A stretch of 59,485 nucleotides of DNA from a virus (taxonomy: Duplodnaviria; Caudoviricetes), in the IMG/VR virus record IMGVR_UViG_3300048851_000177, positions 1-59,485 of that record; one strand, given 5' to 3'. The notes under the pieces are model-generated. The model was given only the letters and a program-made list of their open reading frames with translations, made no database searches and was not told the DNA's origin. Of the stretch, positions 34,427 to 43,491 are shown in pieces (position 1 is the first letter of the stretch; every line of letters begins with the position of its first letter). The position numbers and the translations under genes are program-made.

Positions 34427-35916
34427 TGAACCCTCCCCGACTGAATGAGCTTTTCCATGATGTCGATCCGCTGGCCTATCCAACGCATCGCGTTGCACGC
34501 CATCGAGTTGCCGAGGGCCTTGTAACGAGGGCCGTCAGGGGCGGTGTCCTTGCCTCGCCATGGAACGTTGGTGAAGTTATCGGGGAAGCCCTGAAGGCGT
34601 TCGCACTCTACCGGCATGAGGCGACGAACTGCCCATGCCGACTGCACTGCCTGAACCTCAGCTCGAGCTTCGACGGTGTAGGCAACATCAGCCTGAACGC
34701 CAACGCCGTCTGGTCCGCTATCGGGGTTCTCGCGCAACGCACCAGCCTGGATCGCGTGCGCAATTGCACCAACTCCCATGCCGGCTCTACCACCGTTTGG
34801 GGTCAGAATAGCGTTCGCCGTGCCATCCTGACGCCATTCGATATCCGGTTTTCCTTCGCGACCGCGAATGGCAAGTGTGAGGGGATGAGCAACAAGGTTG
34901 CTTTCGTCCTCCTGCCTACGACCGGCATAACCGCCTTTCCCAGCGCTCTCCGCGCCACGGGTCAGAGTGGCAGCGGCTGGAGGGCAAGCGACAAACGTTT
35001 CGCTCTGGAAATCCATTCGGCCCATCGGTCCGCCATGCGCATTGACGGCAGTGGCAACCTCAATCGGGCCGGAGGTGTTATTCCCACCATAGGCAGCAGC
35101 GACCCCGCCTGGACGTTTCGCCCGAAGCGCGTAAGCCACGCCGGGATCCAATCCTAGTCCGCTTCGCTCGGCTGCTGTTCCCCCGGCTCCTTCGCCATCA
35201 CGGTCGAAGCAATCTGGGCTAATGCCATATGAAGCTCCGGCGGCAGAACCTTCTTGCGTGCTTCGGCGCGGCGCAGGATCCCCGCGCATGCCTTCGGGCT
35301 CAAGTAATACCGCTGCGGCACGTCGCCAGTCTCCAAGATATCCGACAAGGAAGACACGGCGCCGTCGCTGTGGGACGGCACGAGCGAAGTCGTCCACTCG
35401 GACATATTGAGCGTCAAGAACCCGGTAGGCGAACCCATACCCGCATTCTTGAACGAAGCTGAGGAACGTGGCGAAGTCGGCGCTTTCGAGCCCGTCGTCG
35501 CCTTCGACTTCTTCGTCTTGCTCATCATTTGTGTGAGAGGAAAGGACGCCGGGGACGTTTTCCCAGACGATCCAACGGGCGCGCAGACGGCGAGCCAAGG
35601 CGAGATATTCGAGGGCGAGGTTGCCGCGCGGATCATCCAGTCCGAGACGCTTGCCAGCGACGGAAAAGGACTGGCAAGGGGTTCCTCCGACCAGAAGGTC
35701 AATAGGTCCTGCGTCTGCGCCAATTTGCGTGAAGTCGCCATAGTTGGGGATCCCGTTCTTGGCCAGCGGCTGGCCCGGCATGTTGCTGCCGTAGTGATGA
35801 GCGAGGACCGCAGACGGGAACGCCTCGATCTCGGAGAAGAACTTCGGCGTCCAGCCGAGCGGATGCCAAGCCATGGTGGCCGCTTCGATGCCGCTGCAGA
35901 CAGACCCGTAAATCAT
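34423..35916 (-). CDS. C5-cytosine DNA methyltransferase
   Basis: GGTPCQSFS, WENVPG, PQRRRRVF, RRLMPVECERLQGFP, YKALGNS. Confidence 0.95.
   Translation of the reverse strand: MIYGSVCSGIEAATMAWHPLGWTPKFFSEIEAFPSAVLAHHYGSNMPGQPLAKNGIPNYGDFTQIGADAGPIDLLVGGTPCQSFSVAGKRLGLDDPRGNLALEYLALARRLRARWIVWENVPGVLSSHTNDEQDEEVEGDDGLESADFATFLSFVQECGYGFAYRVLDAQYVRVDDFARAVPQRRRRVFLVGYLGDWRRAAAVLLEPEGMRGDPAPRRSTQEGSAAGASYGISPDCFDRDGEGAGGTAAERSGLGLDPGVAYALRAKRPGGVAAAYGGNNTSGPIEVATAVNAHGGPMGRMDFQSETFVACPPAAATLTRGAESAGKGGYAGRRQEDESNLVAHPLTLAIRGREGKPDIEWRQDGTANAILTPNGGRAGMGVGAIAHAIQAGALRENPDSGPDGVGVQADVAYTVEARAEVQAVQSAWAVRRLMPVECERLQGFPDNFTNVPWRGKDTAPDGPRYKALGNSMACNAMRWIGQRIDIMEKLIQSGRVQ
35154..35741 (-). CDS. Nested out-of-frame ORF, M.EcoHK31I beta-subunit-like
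   Basis: 195-codon ORF inside the MTase gene, ending in SSLSDILE..RYYLSPKACAGILRRA..LP..L..AL. Confidence 0.6.
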   Translation of the reverse strand: MATSRKLAQTQDLLTFWSEEPLASPFPSLASVSDWMIRAATSPSNISPWLAVCAPVGSSGKTSPASFPLTQMMSKTKKSKATTGSKAPTSPRSSASFKNAGMGSPTGFLTLNMSEWTTSLVPSHSDGAVSSLSDILETGDVPQRYYLSPKACAGILRRAEARKKVLPPELHMALAQIASTVMAKEPGEQQPSEAD

Positions 35917-35943
35917 TGCTGATCCTCCGAAACCCATTCAGCC

Positions 35944-36330
35944 CTATCGGCCCATTTCTTTGAGCGGTCGCGCCAACGACGCGCGATGCGAAGCCGCCTC
36001 ACGAGCGGCAAGAGTCTCATCCAGCGTAGCCAGACGGGTACGGAGTTCGGCTTGCTCACGGCGATGTTCCTCCAACAGTGCGGCCTCAAGGGCCTTCATC
36101 TCTTCGCTATCGATCCGACGTGCCGTTCCTTCCCAGATCGACCGGGCGCGGCGTTCGGTAAATTCCTTCTGGACGCGTCTCGAAATCGAGCGGCGTGCTT
36201 CGTAGAGCGCAGCCTTCACGCTGCCGTATCGGCGCGGTGGGAAGGCCTCTCTGAAAAGGTTTTGTGCGTAAAACACGTCGCTCATTCTCTTGCCCTTGTT
36301 GGACGTCTGCTTGTCTCGGTTCGACAACAA
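35944..36330 (-). CDS. Putative transcriptional regulator (CII position); start uncertain
   Basis: FTERRARSIWEG.ARRID; located between cro region and replication genes. Confidence 0.6.
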   Translation of the reverse strand: MLSNRDKQTSNKGKRMSDVFYAQNLFREAFPPRRYGSVKAALYEARRSISRRVQKEFTERRARSIWEGTARRIDSEEMKALEAALLEEHRREQAELRTRLATLDETLAAREAASHRASLARPLKEMGR

Positions 36331-36625
36331 CTTGCGATGCTCCTGCTCTAGGTTTGCTCTTGTTCAGAGGAGCAACACCCAATGCGACGAAGCGATATCG
36401 AGGGAGAGATCACCGGCCATGACGCCAATCAGGCCGGCGATCTCTCCAGGTCCGCCGCTCGCGGGACCTCAGTAATTCCTTTTCCTCGGCCCCATCCCTC
36501 GCGGGGCCCGGGCGCTGGTGTCGTTCCGCCGACGACACCAGCAAATTTCAAAAGCCTTGGAAGCGTCGTTCAAGCCGTAGTGCTGAGAGTGGCGAGCGAC
36601 CGCGTCAGGCTTCATGTTGAAAGTT

Positions 36626-36700
36626 CCGTCCCGGTCTCCGTCTTGGGAGGAGAGGGTGAAGACCGGGACGGTTGACGGGGTGAGGAGGCAACCCCGTCAA
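36626..36700 (-). ncRNA. Cuckoo/alpha-r14-like tandem hairpins with CCUCCUC loops
   Basis: 10-bp and 12-bp perfect stems; minus-strand loops UGCCUCCUC and CCCUCUCCUCCC. Confidence 0.55.
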
Positions 36701-36864
36701 TTGATCAGCCGAGCCAAGCGAATGGCCTCTGGCTGAATGTTGTCGTCTTGGCTCTTGTGCTCGTAGGCCACAGCTTTCGAGCCGATTAGGAGAGCCGCGA
36801 TAAGGAAGCCGGCAGGTGCGCCAATGACGCCGCCGACGAATGCTCCGAGAAGAAACATGCTCAT
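36697..36864 (-). CDS. Small membrane protein (55 aa; absent from ORF track)
   Basis: MSMFLLGAFVGGVIGAPAGFLIAALLIG; GAGG RBS. Confidence 0.6.
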   Translation of the reverse strand: MSMFLLGAFVGGVIGAPAGFLIAALLIGSKAVAYEHKSQDDNIQPEAIRLARLIN

Positions 36865-36967
36865 GCTGACCTCACAGGGCGTTGAACAGGCTTGCGATCG
36901 AGGCCGACGCCGCGCTCAATTGCGCGTTGGGCCATTGCATCGATCGAGGATGGTGAGAGGATCGGGG

Positions 36968-37858
36968 TCATGCGATCTCGACCTCCCGCATCGCAGCCAG
37001 GCACTTCTGGCAGTGGTTCTTTCCCGATCCACCGCAGACTTCTTCGCCCGGGTGCCGGCAATGAGGTCGCAGGAGAAGAATGGGATGTTTGGACGGGCGG
37101 GGAGTACTGACGAGGCCCGACCCGTCCTGATCTGGTTGAGCGTTCTCGGATGCGGTTACATGGTCGCCTCCTGTGTTGGCGTCGGGGCTGCCCTCATATG
37201 TGCTGGGCCTTACGCTCTCGACGCTGGGGGCTTCGGCTTCACCATGAGAGGCCGGAGCGATTTCGGAATTGGTATCAACGGACAGGTCTTGATTCCCTGC
37301 TTGGCGGTGGGAAGCCTCTTCCCGTTTGTCCTGGCATTTCTCGTTACCTACGAGGTGCCTGCCTGCCTCAGCCGTCGCCGAGGGCACGTCCTTCCGTGCT
37401 GCCGTCGATTGAGTTGCCGTTTCCGGCTGATTGGTAGGGAGACCGGACGCAATACCTTCGGCCTCCCGTTCGTCCGCTTCTTCGCGGTCGATCATGATGT
37501 CCACAGCAGCGATCAGAGCGGCGCGACCGGCTTCGGTCTGCATGCCGTCAACGACCTGCTTGGCAAGGCGGGGATTGATGCGCTCGGGCTCAGGTTCACA
37601 TTCGCCGAAATCAGAGATCATGCCGAGCGCCATTTTATAGGTGTCGAGGATGGCTTCCTCTTCCATGCGCTCCTGATCGTCTTTCTTGCGGAGCTTGATG
37701 ATCTCGTTGATGGCCTTGACCGAGAAGCCCATTGCCTTGGCTTCCGATTTCACATCGCGAATATCATCCGCAATGGTTTTGGCCTCTTCAGAAAGTCTTT
37801 CGATCCGCTCAATGAAGGGGCGGAGCTGGTCGCGGGCTACGCCGTGTGCGTCGGTCAT
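36968..37858 (-). CDS. GapR-like (DUF2312) DNA-binding protein with long C-terminal extension
   Basis: [47 protein letters not shown]. Confidence 0.88.
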   Translation of the reverse strand: MTDAHGVARDQLRPFIERIERLSEEAKTIADDIRDVKSEAKAMGFSVKAINEIIKLRKKDDQERMEEEAILDTYKMALGMISDFGECEPEPERINPRLAKQVVDGMQTEAGRAALIAAVDIMIDREEADEREAEGIASGLPTNQPETATQSTAARKDVPSATAEAGRHLVGNEKCQDKREEASHRQAGNQDLSVDTNSEIAPASHGEAEAPSVESVRPSTYEGSPDANTGGDHVTASENAQPDQDGSGLVSTPRPSKHPILLLRPHCRHPGEEVCGGSGKNHCQKCLAAMREVEIA

Positions 37859-38094
37859 GCTGATATCGCCTTCCTGGAAGATGTGTGCCGGGTAGCAAGC
37901 CACTGCCAATCGACGCCCGCGATGCTCTTGCGGGCAGCTGCTGCAATCACGCCATTCCAGTGCCGAGGCGAAATGCTGTCTCGCAGCCTCATCTGGCGGG
38001 CGGCTTCGTATCCGCAGCCGACGTCATTGGCGAAATCACCGATGGTGCCCCAGAGGTCGATGAGGTTCGAAATTGAAGTGGGTGCCTTGCTCAT
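37855..38094 (-). CDS. cro: Cro-like repressor
   Basis: 79-aa HTH divergent from cI; TTGCGT-N17-TACGAT promoter 7 nt upstream of ATG (leaderless). Confidence 0.8.
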   Translation of the reverse strand: MSKAPTSISNLIDLWGTIGDFANDVGCGYEAARQMRLRDSISPRHWNGVIAAAARKSIAGVDWQWLATRHTSSRKAISA

Positions 38095-38103
38095 GGTCCG
38101 CAT

Positions 38104-38176
38104 CGTACAAAAGGTACTGCGACAACGCAAGCCAAAATCGTACACATTGCACGATAAAATTGAGCGATAATGTACG
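38104..38176. promoter_or_regulatory. OR operators (CGTAC-N5-GTACG consensus)
   Basis: CGTACAAAAGGTACT 38104-38118; CGTACACATTGCACG 38139-38153; half-site GTACG 38172-38176. Confidence 0.8.
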
Positions 38177-38177
38177 A

Positions 38178-38909
38178 ATGGAATTACCAAAGGACAGATT
38201 GAAGCAAGTGCGAGCTGCGGCTGGGTATGAGAGCCCAACCGATGCCGCGAACGCGTTTCCGCGTGACATCAACAAGAACACGCTCATCAGCCACGAGAAC
38301 GGGAATCGGCCGATCTCGCGCAAGGCCGCCGAAAAATACGGCGAGCTATTCGGCGCTAAAGCGGGATGGATTCTGTTCGGTGATGGACCGGGAGAGGATA
38401 CCGGAGCAGCGTTGAGCGATGTGACGCTCAGCCGGGTGGGTATGACGGTCGGGCGCGTTGCCGGCGTGGTCGAGGCCGGCGCTTTCCGCGAGGTCGACGA
38501 GTTCGATCAGTCGGAGCCGATCGAGATCATGCTCCCCCGGGATGAAAAGTTTCCGAACGCTCGGCAGCTGGTGTTCGATTGCGCTGGCGACAGCATGAAT
38601 GATCTGCGGCCACGGCCGATCTTTCCCGGCGATCGGCTCGTCTGCCTGGCATATGAAGACATCGGGCATATTGAGCTGCGGTCGGGAATGGTTGTCATCG
38701 TCCAGCGCTCGCGGGACGGTGGGCACTTCAGGGAATGGTCGGTAAAGCAGATCGAGGTGTTCCCCGACCGTGCAGAGTTTCACCCGCGGTCAACCAACCC
38801 GAAGCATAAGCCGATAATTGTCGAACGCGACGACGAGGCGGATGAGGGTCTTACGGTTGAAGTGATCGCATTAGTTCGTCGCGTCATGAACGATCTGCCG
38901 GGGTTCTGA
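38178..38909 (+). CDS. cI: CI-like repressor (XRE HTH + S24 peptidase)
   Basis: RLKQVR..SHENGNR..WILFG; VEAG; GDSM; VKQ. Confidence 0.92.
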   Translation: MELPKDRLKQVRAAAGYESPTDAANAFPRDINKNTLISHENGNRPISRKAAEKYGELFGAKAGWILFGDGPGEDTGAALSDVTLSRVGMTVGRVAGVVEAGAFREVDEFDQSEPIEIMLPRDEKFPNARQLVFDCAGDSMNDLRPRPIFPGDRLVCLAYEDIGHIELRSGMVVIVQRSRDGGHFREWSVKQIEVFPDRAEFHPRSTNPKHKPIIVERDDEADEGLTVEVIALVRRVMNDLPGF

Positions 38910-38913
38910 CAGT

Positions 38914-39759
38914 CTAGTTCTCTTCAATATCAATAACGTCATGGACGTGGGTAACTGCGTAGGCCACAGGCTTGCCGCGCACCACTTTCGTATGCACGTC
39001 AACTATGAAACCTTTTTTATAGACGTTCTCGTCGGCTTCTCGAATTTCGTGCTTCAGCTTCCGCTCTGCTAGATCCGACCCATAGGTAAGGCTAATCGAC
39101 TTATCTGAGATTTCCTCGATCATGACTTTCTCGCCGGAAGGTTTCCCCAAGGATGCGGAATGAACGTCGCTGCGAGTGAACACCATAAGCACGCGCTCGT
39201 GCAGCTCTTGACCAGGCTTTTCCAATTCATGCTGGCGGTGTTCTATAACCTTCTCTGCCGCTCTTGCTTCGGATGTAGTGAATTCAAAACTGTAGCGAAC
39301 TTTTCTTTTCCCGTCCTCAAACACTGCAGCCTCTAATCGCGATGTAGCGTTAGGATCGCGAGCAATCGCTGTGACGGCCTTTGAAAAGTCCTTGAACTCT
39401 TGCGGGGTGGTTGGAGCATCTTTCTTTTGATCGCTGATAAGGGCTGAGAGCCTCTTACCCCATCGTCTAACAAAATCCTCGACGATCATCACCTGGTCTG
39501 CGTTCGCAATGAATGGCGCGACGACCGCCATCGCGGGAATCATATCGACGATCGTCGATCCTTTGCGTACCTCCTTCACGAAGAATGAGGCATCCCCCGC
39601 CAAGTCTTTGTGTTGCTCTTTCACGAAGCGCTCGAACTCATTTCCGATCGCAACGAATTGGGCAACGAAGTCGCCAAGTTCGACTGGTTCTTTTGTTTCG
39701 AGTATATAGGTTAGATGAACGGGGCTTTCTCTCATAAGCCCAAGATAGCTGCTGATCAT
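38914..39759 (-). CDS. Hypothetical immunity-region protein (281 aa)
   Basis: Long ORF, visibly AT-richer; VRKGS motif; beta-rich C-terminus. Confidence 0.8.
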   Translation of the reverse strand: MISSYLGLMRESPVHLTYILETKEPVELGDFVAQFVAIGNEFERFVKEQHKDLAGDASFFVKEVRKGSTIVDMIPAMAVVAPFIANADQVMIVEDFVRRWGKRLSALISDQKKDAPTTPQEFKDFSKAVTAIARDPNATSRLEAAVFEDGKRKVRYSFEFTTSEARAAEKVIEHRQHELEKPGQELHERVLMVFTRSDVHSASLGKPSGEKVMIEEISDKSISLTYGSDLAERKLKHEIREADENVYKKGFIVDVHTKVVRGKPVAYAVTHVHDVIDIEEN

Positions 39760-39778
39760 TGATACTCACCTAACAGGT

Positions 39779-40087
39779 TTAAGCTGCGAAGTGTCGCAAC
39801 CCTCTAAGATCGAACTGCCTACAAGCGTCCGCAATATCCTGGACGAACCACCTCTTAGGCGGATCGCACATGTAGCTCTCCCCATTTGGGCCTGGATAGT
39901 TCATGACCGGTAGGACACAGAACTCATCTTCATCACCGACCGGGGCGAATGGGCCGACAGTGAAGTCGTAACCAGGGAAGCGCCGCGACAGGTAATCCTC
40001 GAACCGCTCTTTCGCCGCCGTGACTGCAGCCCGTTGCGCGTACGGCGGCACGATGATGAAACTCAAGACTTCCCGCTCAATAGCCAT
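39779..40087 (-). CDS. Hypothetical protein
   Basis: GGAGG RBS; coupled to 40077..40310. Confidence 0.7.
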   Translation of the reverse strand: MAIEREVLSFIIVPPYAQRAAVTAAKERFEDYLSRRFPGYDFTVGPFAPVGDEDEFCVLPVMNYPGPNGESYMCDPPKRWFVQDIADACRQFDLRGLRHFAA

Positions 40088-40310
40088 TGGATACACCTCC
40101 ATCGATCCCGACGAGCCGGCCGATCACGCTTCCGCATGGCTGGCACCTGAACGGGATGGTTTCCAGATAAACGCTTTCGGTCAGCTCATCCGCATCACGC
40201 GGAATCCCCTCTCCTACCGGCATGACGATAAACTTCTGACTGTGTCGTAAGCAGTTCTCGCACCGGATATGGAGCGTGAACTCTGCTGATGCCTGAACTG
40301 CTGCCAACAT
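40077..40310 (-). CDS. Zinc-ribbon protein
   Basis: CENC and CQPC; AAGGAG RBS. Confidence 0.7.
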   Translation of the reverse strand: MLAAVQASAEFTLHIRCENCLRHSQKFIVMPVGEGIPRDADELTESVYLETIPFRCQPCGSVIGRLVGIDGGVSNGY

Positions 40311-40313
40311 GTC

Positions 40314-40328
40314 GTTCTCCTTCTGTTC
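40314..40328. promoter_or_regulatory. Alphaproteobacterial LexA box
   Basis: GTTC-TCCTTCT-GTTC over the RBS of 40077..40310. Confidence 0.7.
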
Positions 40329-40403
40329 TCATGAAAGCAGAACGCTAGCGCAGAGTCGAATCGATTCTTTCTGGTTCGCTAATTTTCAGAAATCCGTTCA
40401 AAT

Positions 40404-40446
40404 CGTACAAAATGTACTTGCAATGATATCGTACATAACGTACGTT
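40404..40446 (+). promoter_or_regulatory. PL promoter with OL operators
   Basis: CGTACAAAATGTACT 40404-40418; CGTACATAACGTACG 40430-40444; TTGCAA-N17-TACGTT. Confidence 0.8.
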
Positions 40447-40472
40447 CTTCTCACACACCGAGGAGAGCAGCG

Positions 40473-40805
40473 ATGCACGCCACAGCAGCAACCACAGCCG
40501 ACGCACTGAGAGAAAACCTCAAGGTCGTGAACGCCAAGATCTTCACCGTTCGCCATCGTGCAATGAAGGGTCTCCGGTCTCCGAACGCTGCTGCGTCCTA
40601 CCTCGTCGCTCTCCGCGCCTGCCATGAGCTTCGCGAGATTGGCGGCAATGGCCCGCTGTTCGACGAACTCGCTCCCACCCCCATCAACGACCAGCTTGTC
40701 GGGATCACTGCTGACCAGCGCAATGAACGCGAATGGAAGGGCGTCTTCGTTCGCTTCCCGTTCCCGGTCGCCGCCCCTTTCCAGTTCCTCGAAGCTGCGG
40801 AGTAA
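40473..40805 (+). CDS. Hypothetical protein, first of early-left operon
   Basis: GAGGAG RBS after PL. Confidence 0.75.
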   Translation: MHATAATTADALRENLKVVNAKIFTVRHRAMKGLRSPNAAASYLVALRACHELREIGGNGPLFDELAPTPINDQLVGITADQRNEREWKGVFVRFPFPVAAPFQFLEAAE

Positions 40806-40810
40806 CCGCC

Positions 40811-41020
40811 ATGAAAACCACTGAAATCTATGAGGCATCGGCTCTGGCTAAGTCCGTAGCGAACAGCCTGAACATCGCGGTCGCATTTGCCGACGCGGGC
40901 CACGACGCAGACGCTCGTTACAAGGTGCAAGTCGCCCACGCTGCCTTCCTCAGCCTTGCTGATCAGCTTGGTTATCGCGTTGAGCCGGTTGGCCGAAGCG
41001 CCCATGCGGAGGCTGCGTGA
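40811..41020 (+). CDS. Hypothetical protein
   Basis: GGAG RBS; operon context. Confidence 0.65.
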   Translation: MKTTEIYEASALAKSVANSLNIAVAFADAGHDADARYKVQVAHAAFLSLADQLGYRVEPVGRSAHAEAA

Positions 41021-41388
41021 AGCCAATGTCTGAAGCACGTATCGAACTCGCCAGCGCGCTTTCGAAGATACACGCGCTGATCACCAGCGTTCCAACCATC
41101 GAGCAGAAGAAGGCCTCGGCATGGGAATATTACAAGGCCATGCAAGTCGGGTTCGACGAGTATGGGAACCGGCGAATATCTGAAGCTCTGGTTCCTCATG
41201 CCCAGCGCGCAAACGCGATCATCAAGGCGGAATGTGTTGCCGCCGTGGAGGATGAGTTTCGCGAAAAGGTCGACGCTGTAGCGGCCGAGCTTGAAGCCCT
41301 CCGCGTCATTCTTCCGCAGCTCGCCGCGAAAGCCTGCATCGAGCTTGGACAGACCGCTCGTCACCTCAAGGAGAAGGCCGATGCATAG
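41017..41388 (+). CDS. Hypothetical protein
   Basis: GTGA overlap. Confidence 0.65.
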   Translation: MKPMSEARIELASALSKIHALITSVPTIEQKKASAWEYYKAMQVGFDEYGNRRISEALVPHAQRANAIIKAECVAAVEDEFREKVDAVAAELEALRVILPQLAAKACIELGQTARHLKEKADA

Positions 41389-41623
41389 CGGAACCGACTT
41401 CGACGAAGAGCTGATCCTCATCGAGGCAGGGAGCTTTGCCAAGCGCGCCGAAGAGATCAACCGCAAGATCATGGCACGGCAGAAGGCAGACGCTTTCCTC
41501 GTACCGCTCGCCTTTGCCGTGGCATTCGCCCTTATCGCGTCATCTTTCATCTTCTCCGCCATCCCGAACAGCAACCGGACGGCGAAGGTCGAACAGGAGT
41601 ATACTTCCTATGCCAACCGATAA
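41381..41623 (+). CDS. Small membrane protein
   Basis: AAGGAG RBS; one TM segment. Confidence 0.6.
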   Translation: MHSGTDFDEELILIEAGSFAKRAEEINRKIMARQKADAFLVPLAFAVAFALIASSFIFSAIPNSNRTAKVEQEYTSYANR

Positions 41624-42692
41624 CGCGGCCTCCACAGACCTGATCGTCTCCCTGCCGGCCGTTCCCAACGTTGCGACGTTCACGGACGAGAAGGAGTTCG
41701 ACAAGCTCTACGATGCGATCCTCAAGAAGATCGACGAGCACAAGCCGGATGTGTCGACGAAGAAGGGCCGCGATGAAATCGCATCGCTCGCCTACAAGGT
41801 CGCCCGCACCAAGACTGCGCTCGACAAGCAGGGCAAAGACCTGACGGAAGAGTGGCGCACGAACACGACGAAGGTCAACGCCACCCGCAACAAGATCAAA
41901 GACCGCCTTGAGAAGCTGCAGACGACAGTTCGCCAGCCGCTCGACGACTGGGAAGCGGCCGAGGATGCACGCGTAAAGAAGCATCAGGGCGCGCTTGAGA
42001 TGCTCCTCTCCTTCATAAGCACGTCGATGGGCCACCCTTCGGCAGACCTGAAGGCAATGCTGGCAACCGTCGACCAGATTGCCGTCGATGCCTCATGGGA
42101 GGAGTTCGAGGACCGCGCTTCGCTTGCTAAACAGGATGCTGTTGCCGCCCTTACCCGTTTGATCGGTGCAGCCGAGAAGCAGGAAGCAGATGCGGCCGAG
42201 CTAGCAGCACTGCGCGCCGCCCAAGCTGAACGCGATCGCCAAGATGCCGAGCGGCTAGCTGCCGAAGAAGCCGCACGCGCTGAAGCGTTGCGGGTTGAAC
42301 GGGAGAAGCTGGCTGAACAGCAGCGCCAGGACGAACTGGCACGAGTTGCCAAGGCTGCGGCCGATCGAGCCGAGCGGGAAGCCGCTGAACGTGTCGCCGC
42401 AGCAGAGCGGGAAGCCGCCGAAGCGAAGGCGGGTGCCGACCGAGAGATTGCCGAGGCGAAAGCCCGGGCCGATCGGGAAGCGGAAGCCGAGCGCCAGCGC
42501 GTCATCGATGCCCAGGAAGCCGAGGCAGCCGAGCAGCGCCGCCGCGATGCCGATAAGGCGCATCGGAAGACCGTCAACAACAACATCGTCGCCGAACTGA
42601 TTGAGTGCTCCCGCATCACCGCCGAGCAGGCCCAGGCGATCGTCGGCCACCTCGTCCGCGGCCTCGTGCCGAACGTAACCCTGAAATACTGA
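41610..42692 (+). CDS. Coiled-coil phage protein (often labelled TolA-like)
   Basis: TKKGRDEIASLAYKVARTKT; E/A/R-rich; ADKAHRK. Confidence 0.8.
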   Translation: MPTDNAASTDLIVSLPAVPNVATFTDEKEFDKLYDAILKKIDEHKPDVSTKKGRDEIASLAYKVARTKTALDKQGKDLTEEWRTNTTKVNATRNKIKDRLEKLQTTVRQPLDDWEAAEDARVKKHQGALEMLLSFISTSMGHPSADLKAMLATVDQIAVDASWEEFEDRASLAKQDAVAALTRLIGAAEKQEADAAELAALRAAQAERDRQDAERLAAEEAARAEALRVEREKLAEQQRQDELARVAKAAADRAEREAAERVAAAEREAAEAKAGADREIAEAKARADREAEAERQRVIDAQEAEAAEQRRRDADKAHRKTVNNNIVAELIECSRITAEQAQAIVGHLVRGLVPNVTLKY

Positions 42693-42702
42693 GGAGTTCT
42701 CG

Positions 42703-43491
42703 ATGTCGACTGCAGTTGAAGTAACGCGGCCACGCGCCGAAATCATCGAACACACGCCATCGCCAGCGATTACACCAATGGTGATGGTCGAGCGTGCGCT
42801 CGCGTCTGGCGCCGGTATCGACGTCTTGGAACGTCTTATGTCTCTAAACGAAAGATATGAGGCCAGCATCGCACGGAAAGCGTTCGATAGCGCCATGGCG
42901 TCGGCCAAAGCTGAGATCCCGGTCATCATCAAAAGCCGGAAAGTCGATTTCACGACACAGAAGGGCCGGACTAACTATCGCTATGAAGATCTCGGTGAAA
43001 TAGCTCGCACCGTCGATCCGATCCTTTCGAAGTACGGTCTTTCCTATCGCTTCACCACAGAGACAGCGGGCGGCAGCGTCACCGTGACCTGCGTCGTCTC
43101 GCATCGCGAAGGCCACAGCGAGCGCAACACCCTTTCTGGCGCTCATGACCAGTCGGGCAACAAGAACAGCATCCAGGCTGTCGGGTCCACGATCACTTAC
43201 CTGCAGCGCTATACCTTGAAGGCCGCGCTGGGCTTGGCTGCGGCTGCAGATGATGATGGCGGTAAATCCGAACAGGCGAAGGAAGAGGCGACGGTCATCA
43301 CTGAGGCTCAGGCTTCGGTCGTCCGAGAACTGATCGAGAAAGCAGAGCTGGAAATCGACCAATTCTGCGGACACTGGCACGTCGACGCCATCCCAGAGAT
43401 CCCTTCCGCGAAGTTCAACGATGTCGTTGGTTCGCTGCGCCGTCGCATCGCGGTCCTAGCCGAAAAGAAGAAGGAGCAGACCAATGGATGA
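42703..43491 (+). CDS. erf: ERF family ssDNA annealing protein
   Basis: QAVGSTITYLQRYTL..LGL..DDDG. Confidence 0.9.
   Translation: MSTAVEVTRPRAEIIEHTPSPAITPMVMVERALASGAGIDVLERLMSLNERYEASIARKAFDSAMASAKAEIPVIIKSRKVDFTTQKGRTNYRYEDLGEIARTVDPILSKYGLSYRFTTETAGGSVTVTCVVSHREGHSERNTLSGAHDQSGNKNSIQAVGSTITYLQRYTLKAALGLAAAADDDGGKSEQAKEEATVITEAQASVVRELIEKAELEIDQFCGHWHVDAIPEIPSAKFNDVVGSLRRRIAVLAEKKKEQTNG

Noticed and set aside
36382-36675. 97-aa plus-strand ORF
   Set aside because: Overlaps hairpin-rich non-coding region antisense to the early operon; has a possible RBS but insufficient support
36824-38170. 448-aa plus-strand ORF
   Set aside because: Antisense shadow of cro and the GapR-like gene; no recognisable motifs
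41610-42692. Genuine TolA
   Set aside because: No TM anchor; low-complexity coiled coil within the phage recombination module
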